A DNA stretch of 64,000 bases from Amoebophrya sp. A120. Lineage: Eukaryota; Protista; Dinoflagellata. Where the stretch lies: the NCBI GenBank assembly GCA_905178155.1, contig CAJINV010000011.1, positions 10,154 to 74,153 on the forward strand. Reading direction: 5' to 3'. The translations under genes and the position numbers were made by a program. The notes beneath the pieces were generated by a model. That model did no database searches. It saw nothing but the letters and a program-made list of their open reading frames with translations, and was not told the origin of the DNA. This document shows, piece by piece, positions 62,735 through 64,000 of the stretch; positions within the stretch are counted from its first letter, which is position 1; each line of letters starts with the position of its first letter.

Positions 62735-64000
62735 TCATGAATAGGTCTTGCGTAGGTGCGGTACCACGTCAGGGAAGACGTTCGGAGAAATCTCAATCAT
62801 CGGTGCAGCAGCTGCGTCGGTGCTGTACTGGAAAGGAGAGAAAAGTAGTTCGCGGTTGCTGTACTTGCCGAGAGGCGGATCCTCATCTTCTTCTTTACCT
62901 CCGCCACCACCACAGTCTCCGCACTGCCCCGCCGTCGAACAACCGGCATATTTGTCAACATCTTGCGCTTGAGTCGACATTTTCTGTTCCTGCGAAGATG
63001 TTGTCGCCGCGAAGAAAAGCATGTTCTGCACACGAACACCCGTAGATGATACGGCGTTTATTAATGCGTTGTAACACCCCAGCACTAAGTACGCGTCTAG
63101 TGCCGCGTAGCGCTGGTAAAGCTCGGGCAAAGGGCGTGGTAGAAAGGCCCAAGGACTGCACTCCAGTTGCCTGTTCAGCTGGAACCCTTTGTAAACAACT
63201 TCACACAGCTCGGTCATGGAGGTCCAGCACGACGCGGAGTGGTCCTCTTCCTTCGTGGTGGGTGTGAACATCTTCAAAGCGGGCTCTTCATTTGGTTGGG
63301 TGGAGGAAGCGAACTCGAGCTTTTGGGTGCTGGCACTGGGGACGCAAAATTTTTTTGCGTTTGTGCTGCAATCCGAGTAGTCCGATTCGGCATCACCTGG
63401 GTTGTAGTTCTGGGGCGCCGGGACGGTTTGCAAATTGATCAACTCCGCAAGGTATGGATTGCAAATACGTCTGGGTCTGGAAGATTGCAACTCGTCATGC
63501 TAAATCTGAAGCATGCAGAAAGAGAAATCTGTGTTGCATGAGTGCCAAAAGCTGTCCACTTTCGATCAAGTTGGAAGAAAATTTCTGCCGCAGGATGCTT
63601 AGGCATGGCAGAGAACAACTCACAGAGTCTGTCATGCTCGGTCCCGCATTTGAGACCTCATAGCTCATGAAAACCCTGCATGACAAGTTTACATTCTTCC
63701 AGGCATCCCGGGATTGTATTTGGATTTGATACAAGGTGGTAGGACTTGGATTTCTTCGTTTTGCGGCTCTTGTTCTCCAGTTCATCACCTGGTGTCAAAT
63801 TCCGTCGCAGACCACCTCCGACCGGGTTTATTTTTCCTGCTTCATCTCTACAACTCAATTCTACTTGTTCTTCAGCATCTCCACCATGATGATCATCCAC
63901 GGAAAGACCCAGCCTGGAAAACTCCTCCGTTCCGAAGGCCACAATTTTCTCGGCATACTTTTCCGAAATACTGCGCACCAAATCCAGGGCGTAGTTGCTG
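62735..64000 (-). CDS. 3' part of a hypothetical protein (runs off the window end)
   Basis: KSYHL|AELINLQ joins in frame across 63453-63731. Confidence 0.65.
63453..63731. mobile_element. Introner family A
   Basis: Perfect TSD caagg; frame restored. Confidence 0.9.

Noticed and set aside
2455-63788. Many short ORFs sharing MSGSGR / KNVWVWK / PDPDIFA / QICLGLE peptides as a protein family
   Set aside because: These are translations of the family A TIR in different frames, not proteins.
1-64000. Autonomous transposase or reverse transcriptase for the elements
   Set aside because: No ORF or reconstructed exon chain showed DDE, tyrosine-recombinase or RT motifs that I could recognise.

Overview
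Eukaryotic, dinoflagellate-lineage DNA. An exact 22-nt dinoflagellate spliced leader is present, and the architecture most resembles a syndinian such as Amoebophrya (inference). All reconstructable genes lie on the minus strand. The only one I recognise is a GT90/CAP10-family glycosyltransferase (27869-17648); the rest are hypothetical, mostly low-complexity proteins. The dominant feature is about 55 short elements (mostly 125-320 bp) with terminal inverted repeats (TIRs), falling into six end-sequence families. They typically end TAT...ATA, are flanked by 5-bp direct repeats (target-site duplications, TSDs) and share an internal TTGT(C/G)ATGC / GCAT(G/C)ACAA motif. They sit almost only in coding sequence. 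At about 40 junctions checked by hand, removing the element plus one 5-bp repeat restores the reading frame, and GT-AG ends are not needed, so they behave as transposon-derived non-canonical introns (introners). Paralogous filled and empty sites in the window confirm the 5-bp duplication. Three elements carry nested cargo: a complete U6 snRNA gene, a tandem-spliced-leader retrocopy with a 15-bp duplication, and a 637-bp MITE. No transposase is visible. Coordinates and frames were read by eye and splicing is inferred, not observed.
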